A stretch of 64,000 bases of DNA, from the NCBI GenBank assembly GCA_037189525.1, contig JBBCJC010000005.1, positions 384,001-448,000 of the forward strand, read 5' to 3'. The translations under genes and the position numbers were made by a program. Source of the DNA: Gemmatimonadales bacterium (GTDB lineage Bacteria > Gemmatimonadota > Gemmatimonadetes > Gemmatimonadales > GWC2-71-9). Shown here piece by piece: positions 55,592 through 64,000 of the stretch (positions are counted from its first letter, which is position 1; every line of letters begins with the position of its first letter). The notes beneath the pieces are model-generated. The model saw only the letters and a program-made list of their open reading frames with translations. It ran no database searches and was not told the DNA's origin.

Positions 55592-56421
55592 CGATCCTCC
55601 GCCACCAGGCGATAACTCTCATTCCGACGCAATCCGAATACCTGGGCAACCGCCTTGGCCACCCGGCTTCGCTCGAGCCCCGCAGCCACCAGAGCCTGGG
55701 CCACCTGAGACGCCTGATCGAGTTCCGGCACTTGGGGAACGTCGAGCGCCCCTTCTATCACCATCGTCACCTCACCGCGCAGGTCCCCCCCACCCGCCAG
55801 GGCCTGCGCCAACTCGCCGAGCGTGCCGGCCCGGTACTCCTCGAACCGTTTGGTCATTTCCCGGCCCAGGAGGACGCGCCGATCCGCCCCGGCCACTGCC
55901 GCCAGATCCGCGAGCAGATCGACCGAGCGTCCGGGCGCCTCAAAACACACTACGGTTGCCGTCTCGGTTTTGATGCGTTCGAGCCACGCGGTGCGTTCCT
56001 GCCCCTTTCTCGGCGGGAACCCGAGGAAGAGATATCGATCGGCCGGGAAACCGGACGCCATCAGCGCGGTCGCGACCGCCGAGGGACCGGGAATAGGCAG
56101 GACAGTGATGCCGGCTTCTCGGGCACGCGCCACCAGCAACGGCCCCGGATCGCTGACGCCGGGCGTGCCGGCGTCGGTCGTCAGCGCGACATCCTGACCG
56201 GATTCCAGCACCGCCAGAATCTCGTCCAGCCTGGCAGAATTGGAATGAGCGTGACAACTGATCAGCCGAGCATTCGACCCGGCGTGATCCACCAGCTTCC
56301 GTGTTTCTCGGGTATCCTCGGCCGCGACAACGGCCACTCGGCGCAACGTGTCCGCGGCCCGGGGCGAGAGGTCGCCCAGGTTTCCGATCGGCGTCGCGAC
56401 GACGTAGAGGACTCCAGCCAT
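55588..56421 (-). CDS. rsmI: 16S rRNA (cytidine1402-2'-O)-methyltransferase
   Basis: LYVVATPIGNLGD, AEDTR, DAGTPGVSDPG, PGPSA, REMTKRFEE. Confidence 0.96.
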   Translation of the reverse strand: MAGVLYVVATPIGNLGDLSPRAADTLRRVAVVAAEDTRETRKLVDHAGSNARLISCHAHSNSARLDEILAVLESGQDVALTTDAGTPGVSDPGPLLVARAREAGITVLPIPGPSAVATALMASGFPADRYLFLGFPPRKGQERTAWLERIKTETATVVCFEAPGRSVDLLADLAAVAGADRRVLLGREMTKRFEEYRAGTLGELAQALAGGGDLRGEVTMVIEGALDVPQVPELDQASQVAQALVAAGLERSRVAKAVAQVFGLRRNESYRLVAEDR

Positions 56422-56426
56422 ACCGT

Positions 56427-56470
56427 AAAGAAAACGTCGAGCCGCCGCGACGCTACCGCGACGGCTCGAC
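56427..56470 (-). terminator. Intrinsic terminator downstream of trxA
   Basis: Minus strand GTCGAGCCGTCGCG-loop-CGCGGCGGCTCGAC followed by GTTTTCTTT. Confidence 0.75.
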
Positions 56471-56499
56471 CAGTGCTGTGGATCGGTGGACCCGACGCC

Positions 56500-56838
56500 T
56501 CAGGCGGCGTTGGCCACGTGCTTGTTGATCCGCTCCTGCAACGTCGCCTTCGGGACCAGGCCGACGACCGTGTCGACGTGCTTCCCGTCCTTGAAAAACA
56601 GCAGCGTGGGAATCGACCGGACGTTCCAGCGCATCGAAGTACGCTGGTTGGCGTCGACGTCCAGCTTGGCAATTCTCACCTTGCCGGCGTTGCTCTTGGC
56701 CAGATCCTCGAGAATCGGCGCAATGGCCCGGCAGGGACCGCACCACTCCGCCCAGAAATCCACCAGCACCAACCCCTGGGTCTGCTCGACACTGGCTGCA
56801 AACGTGTCGTCGGTGACGTGGGTGATCGTGTCGCTCAT
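56500..56838 (-). CDS. trxA: Thioredoxin
   Basis: VDFWAEWCGPC, SIPTL; ATG 56838 with GAGG SD. Confidence 0.96.
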   Translation of the reverse strand: MSDTITHVTDDTFAASVEQTQGLVLVDFWAEWCGPCRAIAPILEDLAKSNAGKVRIAKLDVDANQRTSMRWNVRSIPTLLFFKDGKHVDTVVGLVPKATLQERINKHVANAA

Positions 56839-56909
56839 CGACAAACCTCTTGTTCGGAAACCTGTTAATTTTGCCACACTACGGTCTAAATATGCTTGGA
56901 GAACCCGCT

Positions 56910-57305
56910 GTGCCCAACTCCCGGATTGCCCACGTGGGAATTGCCGTCGAGCAGATCGAGGCCAGCCTCGCATTCTATCGTGACGTGCTGGGCCTCGCCC
57001 CCCATGGAGCGCCGGAAGTTCGCGACGGGGCCACCATCGTTTCGCTGCCGTTCGGGGAGTCCGAGATCGAACTGCTCGAACCGCTCACACCCGATGGGCC
57101 GATTGCCAAATTTCTGGCCAAGCGCGGGCCGGGAATCCACCACATCTGCTACCGGGTGGACGATCTCGATGCCGCGCTCGATCGCTGTCGCGCCAACGGC
57201 TATCGCCTGATCGACGAGACCCCGCGGGTCGGTGCGGCCGGCAAACGGATTGCGTTCGTACACCCGAAAGCCACAACGGGCATCCTGCTCGAGCTTACGG
57301 AGTAG
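56910..57305 (+). CDS. mce: Methylmalonyl-CoA epimerase (VOC fold)
   Basis: HVGIAV, IELLEP, GPGIHHI, AFVHPK...GILLEL; GTG 56910 after GGAG. Confidence 0.88.
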   Translation: MPNSRIAHVGIAVEQIEASLAFYRDVLGLAPHGAPEVRDGATIVSLPFGESEIELLEPLTPDGPIAKFLAKRGPGIHHICYRVDDLDAALDRCRANGYRLIDETPRVGAAGKRIAFVHPKATTGILLELTE

Positions 57306-57756
57306 GATTGCCGGGCGTACCGCACGGTCGCCCGGGAACGCCGGCCGCCGTGAGTTCGATGGCTGACACGAGCCAGGCGCCGTCGCGGGCCTGCACCATG
57401 GTGAACGGGACGTTCTTGACGCAACCGCTCCGGGTCAGCTCGATCACCAGTTGCCGGCGACCCGCGCCACCCGCGCCCGGATTCTCGCCGACCACCTTGG
57501 AGGTGCCACCTTTGAGGTACGCATGGACCACCGAGAGGCGTTGAAGCCAGTCGGCCGGGCGGTTGGTGGTGGCGGCAGGGCCGCGATCGGTGCCCCAGAG
57601 CGCACCCATCTGCGCCAGATTACTGTCGGCAACCGCCTGCATGAACGCGCTGGCCACGACGGCCGGCGCAGCAGACGTCGACACCTGAGCAGGCTGAATC
57701 GTTTTGGTGGTGCACGCCAGCGTGGCGACGGTACCGACTAATAACCATGTACGCAT
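57295..57756 (-). CDS. Hypothetical lipoprotein
   Basis: MRTWLLVGTVATLA-C; FMQAVADSNL..M..LWG; GAGAGG SD. Confidence 0.7.
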   Translation of the reverse strand: MRTWLLVGTVATLACTTKTIQPAQVSTSAAPAVVASAFMQAVADSNLAQMGALWGTDRGPAATTNRPADWLQRLSVVHAYLKGGTSKVVGENPGAGGAGRRQLVIELTRSGCVKNVPFTMVQARDGAWLVSAIELTAAGVPGRPCGTPGNPTP

Positions 57757-57825
57757 GGGGGTCCTCTCGGGTGACCTTCCTGCGCGAAAGTAAACCGCCC
57801 CGGAGGCGCTCGGCAAATGCGGCAT

Positions 57826-58548
57826 ATGCGGCTCTACATCAACATCGATCACGTCGCCACCGTGCGACAGGCGCGTCGGACCGATGAACCCGACCCGATC
57901 CGCGCCGCGGTATTGGCGGAGGCGGCAGGTGCGCATGGCATCACGGCGCATCTCCGGGAAGATCGCCGGCACATTCAAGACGACGACGTGGTCCGGTTGG
58001 CCGAGGCCGTGACCACCGTGCTCAATCTCGAGCTGGCGCTGGCGCCCGATGTCGTCGCGCTAACCGAGCGGCTCGCTCCGTACCAGGTAACCCTGGTGCC
58101 CGAGCGGCGCGAGGAAGTGACCACCGAAGGCGGGCTCGACCTCTCCCGCGACACCACCCGTCTGGCTCAGGTCATTGCCACACTGACGGCGGCCGGCAGC
58201 CGAGTCAGCCTCTTCATCGATCCGGATCGCGAGGCCATCCAGCGCTCGCGCGACCTCGGCGTGCCCGCCATCGAGCTGCATACCGGTCGCTACGCCCACA
58301 CCTGGCGCGAAAGCTCCGATGCGCTCCGCCAGCTCACCGAGGCCGCCGAATTTGCCGCGTCACTCGGCCTTGCCGTGCATGCCGGGCATGGACTCACCTA
58401 TCTCAACGTGCAGCCCGTCGCCGCCATCGAGGTCATCGAGGAGCTCAACATCGGGCACAGCGTGGTGAGCCGCGCCGTGATGACCGGGATGACCGAAGCG
58501 GTCACCGAGATGGGACGCCTGATCCGCGACGCCCGCGGACCGCGTTGA
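57826..58548 (+). CDS. pdxJ: Pyridoxine 5'-phosphate synthase
   Basis: NIDHVATVRQAR, HLREDRRHI, TTEGG, HAGHGL, ELNIGH. Confidence 0.97.
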   Translation: MRLYINIDHVATVRQARRTDEPDPIRAAVLAEAAGAHGITAHLREDRRHIQDDDVVRLAEAVTTVLNLELALAPDVVALTERLAPYQVTLVPERREEVTTEGGLDLSRDTTRLAQVIATLTAAGSRVSLFIDPDREAIQRSRDLGVPAIELHTGRYAHTWRESSDALRQLTEAAEFAASLGLAVHAGHGLTYLNVQPVAAIEVIEELNIGHSVVSRAVMTGMTEAVTEMGRLIRDARGPR

Positions 58549-58580
58549 CCCGGCTACCGCTTCGTCCGTACTCTTCTCTC

Positions 58581-60275
58581 ATGAGCGTGCCCTCCGGCCG
58601 ACTGCAATTCTTCGTCCTCGAGGCGTCGGACTACCTCGAGCGCCTCGCCCTCGTGGTTGGACGGCCCGTGCCGCCGGACCCCGGCGAACTGGTTCGCCTG
58701 ACCCGTGCGCTCCGCGGGGCGGCCCTGATGGCGGGGCTCTCGTCGTATGCCCGGGCCGCCGGCTCCCTGGAACTCCTGGCCAAGGCGCATCGCAATGCCC
58801 CGGGAGCATGGACGCCGCAACGCGCGGGCACCCTGGCCGATGCGGTCGACGAACTGCGCCGGCTCGCCTCACAAGGCGCCGACTGGACCGACGCCGATTC
58901 CGACGCCGCGACTGCGCTGGCCGAGTCGCTCGCGGAAGGTGTCGACGCCAATTCGGACGACGTGGTGGCCGCGCCGCGCCGGGCGGCAAATCAGGGTGAC
59001 GAACTGCAGCCCAGCGTCCGCGCCTTCATCGGCCGGGAAGGTGCGCACATCGCCGCGACCCTCGAGGATGCTGCTGCCGCTCTCGATCAGGGCCGGCTGG
59101 CCGGCGCCGCCGAGGCAGTCCTGGCACGGTTGCAGCCGCTCCGGGGGCTCGCCACCCTGCCCTCGCTCTCGCCCCTGCCGGAATTTCTCGACGCCGTCGA
59201 ACTCACCATCCGAAACGTGCGAGACACCTCGGCGCCTCCCGCCGGCGCTCGCGCGTTGCGACACGCCGCTGCCGCCGTAGCCCAGCTGGCGCGCGGTGTT
59301 GCCGGGGGCGCCTCGACCGGTGGCGAGACTCCGGAAGTTCTGCTCGGCGCCGCCAGCCTGCTGGAATCGTTCGGGCGGGACGACGACGTGGTGGACATCA
59401 CGACGCTGTTCCGGGACGACGACGCCGATCCGATCGTCACACCCGGCGCCGCGCCGGCCTCCGACGACAACGGCGACGCCATGCTCGAACTGGTCAGCCT
59501 GGCCGACCGCCTGCGCCAGGCAGGTGAGCAACTGGTCCAGCCGGCCTCGGCAACCGGCCGCACGCTCTACCTCTATGGCCTGGTGATCCAGTTGCGCCCG
59601 CTCACGGCGGCGGCGCCGCGACAACGGCCCCATCTCGCTCCCTTGCTGAGCAGCATCGCGGCCGCCATCGGCCAGGGTCGCGCGGCACGTGACCCGCTCG
59701 CCTTTGCCGCCGCGCTCCGCGAAGCGGCCACCGCCATCGGCAGCGCTGCCAGCTCGCGCAATGCCATCTTCCTGGGCGATGAGTTGGAACCCGTCGTCAC
59801 CATGGTCACGCACCTCGGCGCCACCGTCGTGATTGCACCGCCGAGCGACGAGTCCGACGTGGTCCCGATCGAGTCGCTCGCGCCGGACCCGATTCCGGCG
59901 GAGGCGCTGGATCTCGCGCCTCCCGAAGCAGCGCTCGTGGTACCGATCGAGACCCTCGCGCCCGATCTGCCTGCCGAGCCGGCATCCGACACGTTCGCGC
60001 AGAGTTTCTCGACCTATCACCGGCTGGTCAGCGCACCTGTCGAAGAAGACATTACTCCGGCAGCTGCGCAGGTAACGGTCGTTACTGCCCCCGAGGATGA
60101 CACCGATGTAGTCGACATCGGGACGCTCCTCTTCCGAGGACGCCGAGCCCTCGAACGCGCGGATATCGTTCGCCTCGAACTGAGCGGCGCGCTCAAGGCC
60201 GAGCGGCCCTTTACCGAAATCGAACCGCTGGTGAGTGAACTCATCGATCTGGTTCCCCTGGCTCTTGCGGAATAA
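58581..60275 (+). CDS. Hypothetical helical protein with degenerate Hpt-like repeats
   Basis: FFVLEASDYLERL...LTRALRGAALMAG...LE resembles CheA P1 but lacks the His. Confidence 0.6.
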   Translation: MSVPSGRLQFFVLEASDYLERLALVVGRPVPPDPGELVRLTRALRGAALMAGLSSYARAAGSLELLAKAHRNAPGAWTPQRAGTLADAVDELRRLASQGADWTDADSDAATALAESLAEGVDANSDDVVAAPRRAANQGDELQPSVRAFIGREGAHIAATLEDAAAALDQGRLAGAAEAVLARLQPLRGLATLPSLSPLPEFLDAVELTIRNVRDTSAPPAGARALRHAAAAVAQLARGVAGGASTGGETPEVLLGAASLLESFGRDDDVVDITTLFRDDDADPIVTPGAAPASDDNGDAMLELVSLADRLRQAGEQLVQPASATGRTLYLYGLVIQLRPLTAAAPRQRPHLAPLLSSIAAAIGQGRAARDPLAFAAALREAATAIGSAASSRNAIFLGDELEPVVTMVTHLGATVVIAPPSDESDVVPIESLAPDPIPAEALDLAPPEAALVVPIETLAPDLPAEPASDTFAQSFSTYHRLVSAPVEEDITPAAAQVTVVTAPEDDTDVVDIGTLLFRGRRALERADIVRLELSGALKAERPFTEIEPLVSELIDLVPLALAE

Positions 60276-61308
60276 AATCCTCGGCCTGGTCGTCGGCGCG
60301 GGGGTGACCGTCGCGCTACTCGCCTGGGTCCTCCGGGATGTCGTCTTTGCCGACGTCTGGCAGAGCGCGCGCGCGGCGCACTGGGGCTACCTGCTTGCCG
60401 CGGTCACGCTCGCCACCTTCAGCTTCGTCCTGCGGGTTCCCCGCTGGCGGATCCTGCTTCGCGACGAGAACGGCCGATTGCTCGCCTACCCGTCGCTCTG
60501 GCACGGGATCGCCATCGGCTTCATGGCCAACAACCTGGTGCCGTTCCGCGCGGGCGAGTTCCTCCGGGCGCTTGCCGTGCATCGGCTCGAACGGGTCAGC
60601 CTCCCGGCCGCCCTGTCCTCCCTCGTGGCCGAGCGGCTGTTCGACGCGCTGACGGTGCTGGCCTTTCTGTTTCTGGGGCTCCTGACCGCCGGAATTCCTG
60701 CCGACGCGGAAATCGGAGGCCTCGTCGTCCACCGGATTGCGCGACAACTGGCCATTGCTCCCGCGATCCTGCTGGCTGCGTGCCTGACGGCGCTGTTCTT
60801 TCCGGCGCTGATGCAACGGATCATTCGGGCCGTCGTGCCATCGCCGCGCCTGGCCGATCGACTCTGCCGGTTCGTCGACGGCATCATCGCCGGACTGGGC
60901 GCTTTCCGTTCGCCCTCCCGGATGGTGATGGCGGCGTTCTGGTCGATCCTCCACTGGACCAACAACGCGCTCTCGTTCTATCTCGGCTTCAAGGCCTTCG
61001 GGATCGACGTCGGGTTCGGCGGCGCCATCCTGATGCAGAGCGTGCTGGTCGTCCTGATCGCGGTTCCGTCGACCCCCGGATATTTCGGCGTCTTCGAAGC
61101 CGCCATCAAGTCCGTTCTCGTCGTGCTGGGCGTCTCGGCCACGACGGCCGTGGCCTACGCGGTGACGTATCACTTCACCACCTTCGTCCCGATCACCGTC
61201 CTGGGGCTCTGGTCGCTGGCCCGCACTCCGATCCGGCTCCGAGCCGTTCCGGAGGACGGAACCAATCCCCCACCATCAGCTGCGCACACCCGTGACCACG
61301 CTCCGTAG
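60265..61308 (+). CDS. UPF0104 / lysylphosphatidylglycerol-synthase TM (flippase-like) protein
   Basis: RW..LL, IGFMANNLVPFRAGE, ERLFD, PSTPGYFGVFE; start probably TTG 60265. Confidence 0.82.
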   Translation: MRNKILGLVVGAGVTVALLAWVLRDVVFADVWQSARAAHWGYLLAAVTLATFSFVLRVPRWRILLRDENGRLLAYPSLWHGIAIGFMANNLVPFRAGEFLRALAVHRLERVSLPAALSSLVAERLFDALTVLAFLFLGLLTAGIPADAEIGGLVVHRIARQLAIAPAILLAACLTALFFPALMQRIIRAVVPSPRLADRLCRFVDGIIAGLGAFRSPSRMVMAAFWSILHWTNNALSFYLGFKAFGIDVGFGGAILMQSVLVVLIAVPSTPGYFGVFEAAIKSVLVVLGVSATTAVAYAVTYHFTTFVPITVLGLWSLARTPIRLRAVPEDGTNPPPSAAHTRDHAP

Positions 61309-62155
61309 CCCGGCCCACGCCAAGCTCAATCTGTTGCTCCGTGTCCTGAGTCGTGAGACGACCGGATACCACGGGATCGAAACGCTCTTCTGCCGGCTCG
61401 AGCTGGCGGACGAACTCGTGGTGGAGCGACGCGACGAGCCGGGGCGAATCACGCTCGACACGCAAGGCGTCGACCTCGGCCCCCCGGAAACCAACCTGGC
61501 GTACCGGGCGGCCGAACGGGTCCTCGCGGCAACGGGCGCGCGATTCGGCGTCCACCTCACGCTCACCAAGCGGATTCCCGCCGGTGCGGGATTGGGTGGC
61601 GGTTCCGCCGATGCGGCGGCTGCGCTCGAACTGGTCAACCAGCTGGCGGGCAATGCCGTGCCCCGCTCCGAGCTCTTCCATTTCGCCAGCCGGCTGGGCG
61701 CGGACGTCCCATTCCTGCTCTCCGGGGCGTCCCTGGCACTGGGGTGGGGCCACGGCGACCGCTTGCTGCGCTTGCCGAGCCTTCCCGCGGCGCCGGTCCT
61801 GCTCGTGATGCCGCCGGTCGCGATTCGGACACAGGATGCGTACCAGTGGGTCGACGCGGCCCGCGGAAACGTCGGTCCCCGTGGCGCGCTGGCTCTCGAT
61901 CTCGACAGCGTGAGCCGCTGGAGCGACGTCGCCCGGATGGCCGGCAACGATTTCGAATCGGTGATCTTCGGCCGCGAGCCCCGCATCCGGGAGGCCTTCG
62001 AGGCGCTGGCGCGGACCAATCCGACGCTCTGCCGGATGACCGGATCGGGCTCGACACTGTTTGCCGTCTACCGGACTGATCGCGACCGCGACGACGCCAA
62101 GATGATGTTAGGCAAGAAGTACGGCACTGTCGTCGCTACGCGCACCACTGCGTGA
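61292..62155 (+). CDS. ispE: 4-diphosphocytidyl-2-C-methyl-D-erythritol kinase
   Basis: AKLNL.L, KRIPAGAGLGGGSADAA, GADVPF, NDFE, MTGSGS. Confidence 0.95.
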   Translation: MTTLRSPAHAKLNLLLRVLSRETTGYHGIETLFCRLELADELVVERRDEPGRITLDTQGVDLGPPETNLAYRAAERVLAATGARFGVHLTLTKRIPAGAGLGGGSADAAAALELVNQLAGNAVPRSELFHFASRLGADVPFLLSGASLALGWGHGDRLLRLPSLPAAPVLLVMPPVAIRTQDAYQWVDAARGNVGPRGALALDLDSVSRWSDVARMAGNDFESVIFGREPRIREAFEALARTNPTLCRMTGSGSTLFAVYRTDRDRDDAKMMLGKKYGTVVATRTTA

Positions 62156-62252
62156 CTCGTTCCGGTTTCACTCCCTCCACCACGCGATAGCAACACATCG
62201 TGCGAACGGCCCCGGCAATCGCCAGGGCCATCGTGAAGGTCCTCGCAAGTCA

Positions 62253-62447
62253 TCAGATCGGGGACGTGACGTAGCCCTCGTCCGCGATTGCTTTCTCGAC
62301 CTGCTGCCGGTCGGCCACGGTGTGGACGGTAATCGTCCGCGCCGGGACATCCGCCTCGACGGTCGCAGCGGGGTCCAGCGCCTGTACCCCGCTGGTGATG
62401 TGCCGGACGCACGAACCGCAGGTCATGTTCTCGATCAGAAATTTCAT
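62253..62447 (-). CDS. copZ: Heavy-metal-associated domain protein (copper chaperone)
   Basis: NMTCGSC; 64 aa; divergent from the P-type ATPase. Confidence 0.85.
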   Translation of the reverse strand: MKFLIENMTCGSCVRHITSGVQALDPAATVEADVPARTITVHTVADRQQVEKAIADEGYVTSPI

Positions 62448-62477
62448 GTCGATCTCCGTGGTTGAGGTTGCCGGACA

Positions 62478-62564
62478 ACGCTAATCCTTCCTATTGTTGG
62501 AAGGTCAAGCCCCGGATTCGCGAGGCCCGGGGCTTGACCTTCCAACGATGGGAACGTCTATCGT
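62478..62564. promoter_or_regulatory. Divergent pair of MerR/CueR-type promoters
   Basis: Plus strand: TTGACC(62534)-19 bp-TATCGT with ACCTTCC-N7-GGAACGT; minus strand: TTGACC(62508)-19 bp-TAGCGT with ACCTTCC-N7-GGAAGGA. Confidence 0.88.
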
Positions 62565-62601
62565 TCGACCAGGACAACCCATCGAGCGCGGGAGAACGAC
62601 G

Positions 62602-64000
62602 ATGAACACGCACGAACAACGAAACTCCGGTCAGGTCGAGGTCATCCGGCTCCCCATCGAGGGAATGACCTGCGCCTCCTGTGTCACCCGCGTCGAAACC
62701 GCCCTGAGCAAGGTCGACGGCGTGGGCTCCGTCAACGTCAACATCGCGACGGAGCGCGCCGAGATCAGGACCAGCGGCGCCGTCGATCGCCAGGCACTGG
62801 TGCAGGCGGTCGAAGCCGCGGGGTACAGTGTGCCGTCGGCTGGCACCGAGCTGATCGTCGAGGGCATGACGTGCGCATCATGCGTCGGGCGGGTGGAGCG
62901 CGCGCTCCGGGCCGTACCTGGCGTCACCGATGCCGTCGTCAATCTGGCAACCGAGCGCGCCAACGCCCGCGGCACCGCCAGCGCCGAGGCGCTGATCGCG
63001 GCCGTGGAGGCGGCGGGATACGGCGCCCGGATCAACCAGCGCAGCAGGCAGGCCGAAGAGGAGCTTGCGGTCGGCAAGGAAAAGGAACGCCTGCAGCTCA
63101 AGCGCGATCTCATCCTTGCCGCCGCGTTGACCTTGCCGGTTTTTCTCCTCGAGATGGGCTCGCACCTGATTCCGGGAGTCCATGGGCTGATCGAGCGGAC
63201 CATCGGACACCAGAACAGCTGGTATCTGCAGTTCGTCCTCACCACCCTGGTGCTGGCCGTGCCCGGCATCCGTTTCTACAAGCAGGGTATCCCTGCGCTG
63301 GGGCGTCTGGCGCCGGACATGAACTCGCTAGTCGCGGTTGGTACGCTGGCAGCATACCTGTACTCGCTGGTGGCGACCTTCGCTCCGTCGCTGCTCCCGG
63401 CCGGAACGGTCAATGTCTACTACGAAGCCGCGGCCGTCATCGTCACCCTGATCCTGCTTGGCCGCTACCTGGAGGCCCGCGCCAAGGGCCGCACCTCGCA
63501 GGCCATCCAGCGCCTGGTCGGGCTGCAGCCGAGAACCGCCCGGGTCCGGCGTGATGGAGGTATCAGCGAAGTGGCAATCGTCGACGTCGTGGTCGGCGAC
63601 GTGATCGAGGTTCGCCCCGGGGAGCGGATTCCGGTTGATGGCGAGGTTCAGGACGGCGAAAGCTACGTCGACGAATCGATGATCACCGGCGAGCCGATCC
63701 CGGTTGCCAAGCAGACCGGCAGTACCCTGGTCGGCGGTACCGTCAATCAGCAGGGCGCCCTGACCTTCCGAGCTACCGCCGTGGGCGAAGCCACCATGCT
63801 GGCGCAGATCATTCGGATGGTCGAGGATGCACAGGGATCCAAGCTTCCGATTCAGGCGCTGGTCGACAAGGTCACGATGTGGTTCGTTCCCGGCGTGATG
63901 GCCGCCGCCGCCCTGACCTTCCTGGTCTGGCTCGTGTACGGCCCCTCGCCCGCGCTGACCTTCGCACTGGTCAATGCCGTTGCGGTTCTGATCATCGCCT
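62602..64000 (+). CDS. copA: Cu(I)-translocating P1B-type ATPase (3'-truncated by window edge)
   Basis: Absent from the ORF track; hand translation from ATG 62602 gives two GMTCASC domains, [41 protein letters not shown]. Confidence 0.93.
   Translation, partial: MNTHEQRNSGQVEVIRLPIEGMTCASCVTRVETALSKVDGVGSVNVNIATERAEIRTSGAVDRQALVQAVEAAGYSVPSAGTELIVEGMTCASCVGRVERALRAVPGVTDAVVNLATERANARGTASAEALIAAVEAAGYGARINQRSRQAEEELAVGKEKERLQLKRDLILAAALTLPVFLLEMGSHLIPGVHGLIERTIGHQNSWYLQFVLTTLVLAVPGIRFYKQGIPALGRLAPDMNSLVAVGTLAAYLYSLVATFAPSLLPAGTVNVYYEAAAVIVTLILLGRYLEARAKGRTSQAIQRLVGLQPRTARVRRDGGISEVAIVDVVVGDVIEVRPGERIPVDGEVQDGESYVDESMITGEPIPVAKQTGSTLVGGTVNQQGALTFRATAVGEATMLAQIIRMVEDAQGSKLPIQALVDKVTMWFVPGVMAAAALTFLVWLVYGPSPALTFALVNAVAVLIIA

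Noticed and set aside
58581..60275. CheA assignment
   Set aside because: No phospho-His, HATPase or CheW domain

Overview
A high-GC (roughly two-thirds GC by eye) bacterial chromosomal segment. It is most likely Gemmatimonadota, inferred from the characteristic membrane Ser/Thr kinase and the FCB-group gene set (DUF2723, DUF4159/DUF4175, DUF5686-type, long NagB). Most of it is core housekeeping: eno-ftsB, glyA, rpiB, thiL, nnr, thiolase/hbd, thrS, valS, gltX, purNH, nagB, rsmI, trxA, mce, pdxJ, ispE, three tRNAs (Met-CAT, Ser-TGA, Ser-GCT), and a copZ/copA pair with twin CueR-type promoters. I found no integrase, transposase, prophage or CRISPR array. The main leads are: (1) strong enrichment of the Bacteroidota O-glycosylation sequon D-[S/T]-[A/I/L/V/M/T] in exported proteins and domains only, close to a DUF2723/TMEM260-like membrane glycosyltransferase, suggesting a general protein O-glycosylation system; (2) a tightly coupled rsmI-DUF4159-DUF4175-TPR-Tat protein envelope operon followed by a JAB(RadC)-DinG helicase; (3) a PLP gamma-lyase with a structured leader partly resembling a guanidine-III riboswitch; (4) a His-less tandem Hpt-like protein; (5) a mini-zincin lipoprotein behind a sigma54-like promoter and an Ig/polyproline lipoprotein behind a very AT-rich element. 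All family calls come from motif recognition by eye; no searches were run, and several start codons are my re-assignments.
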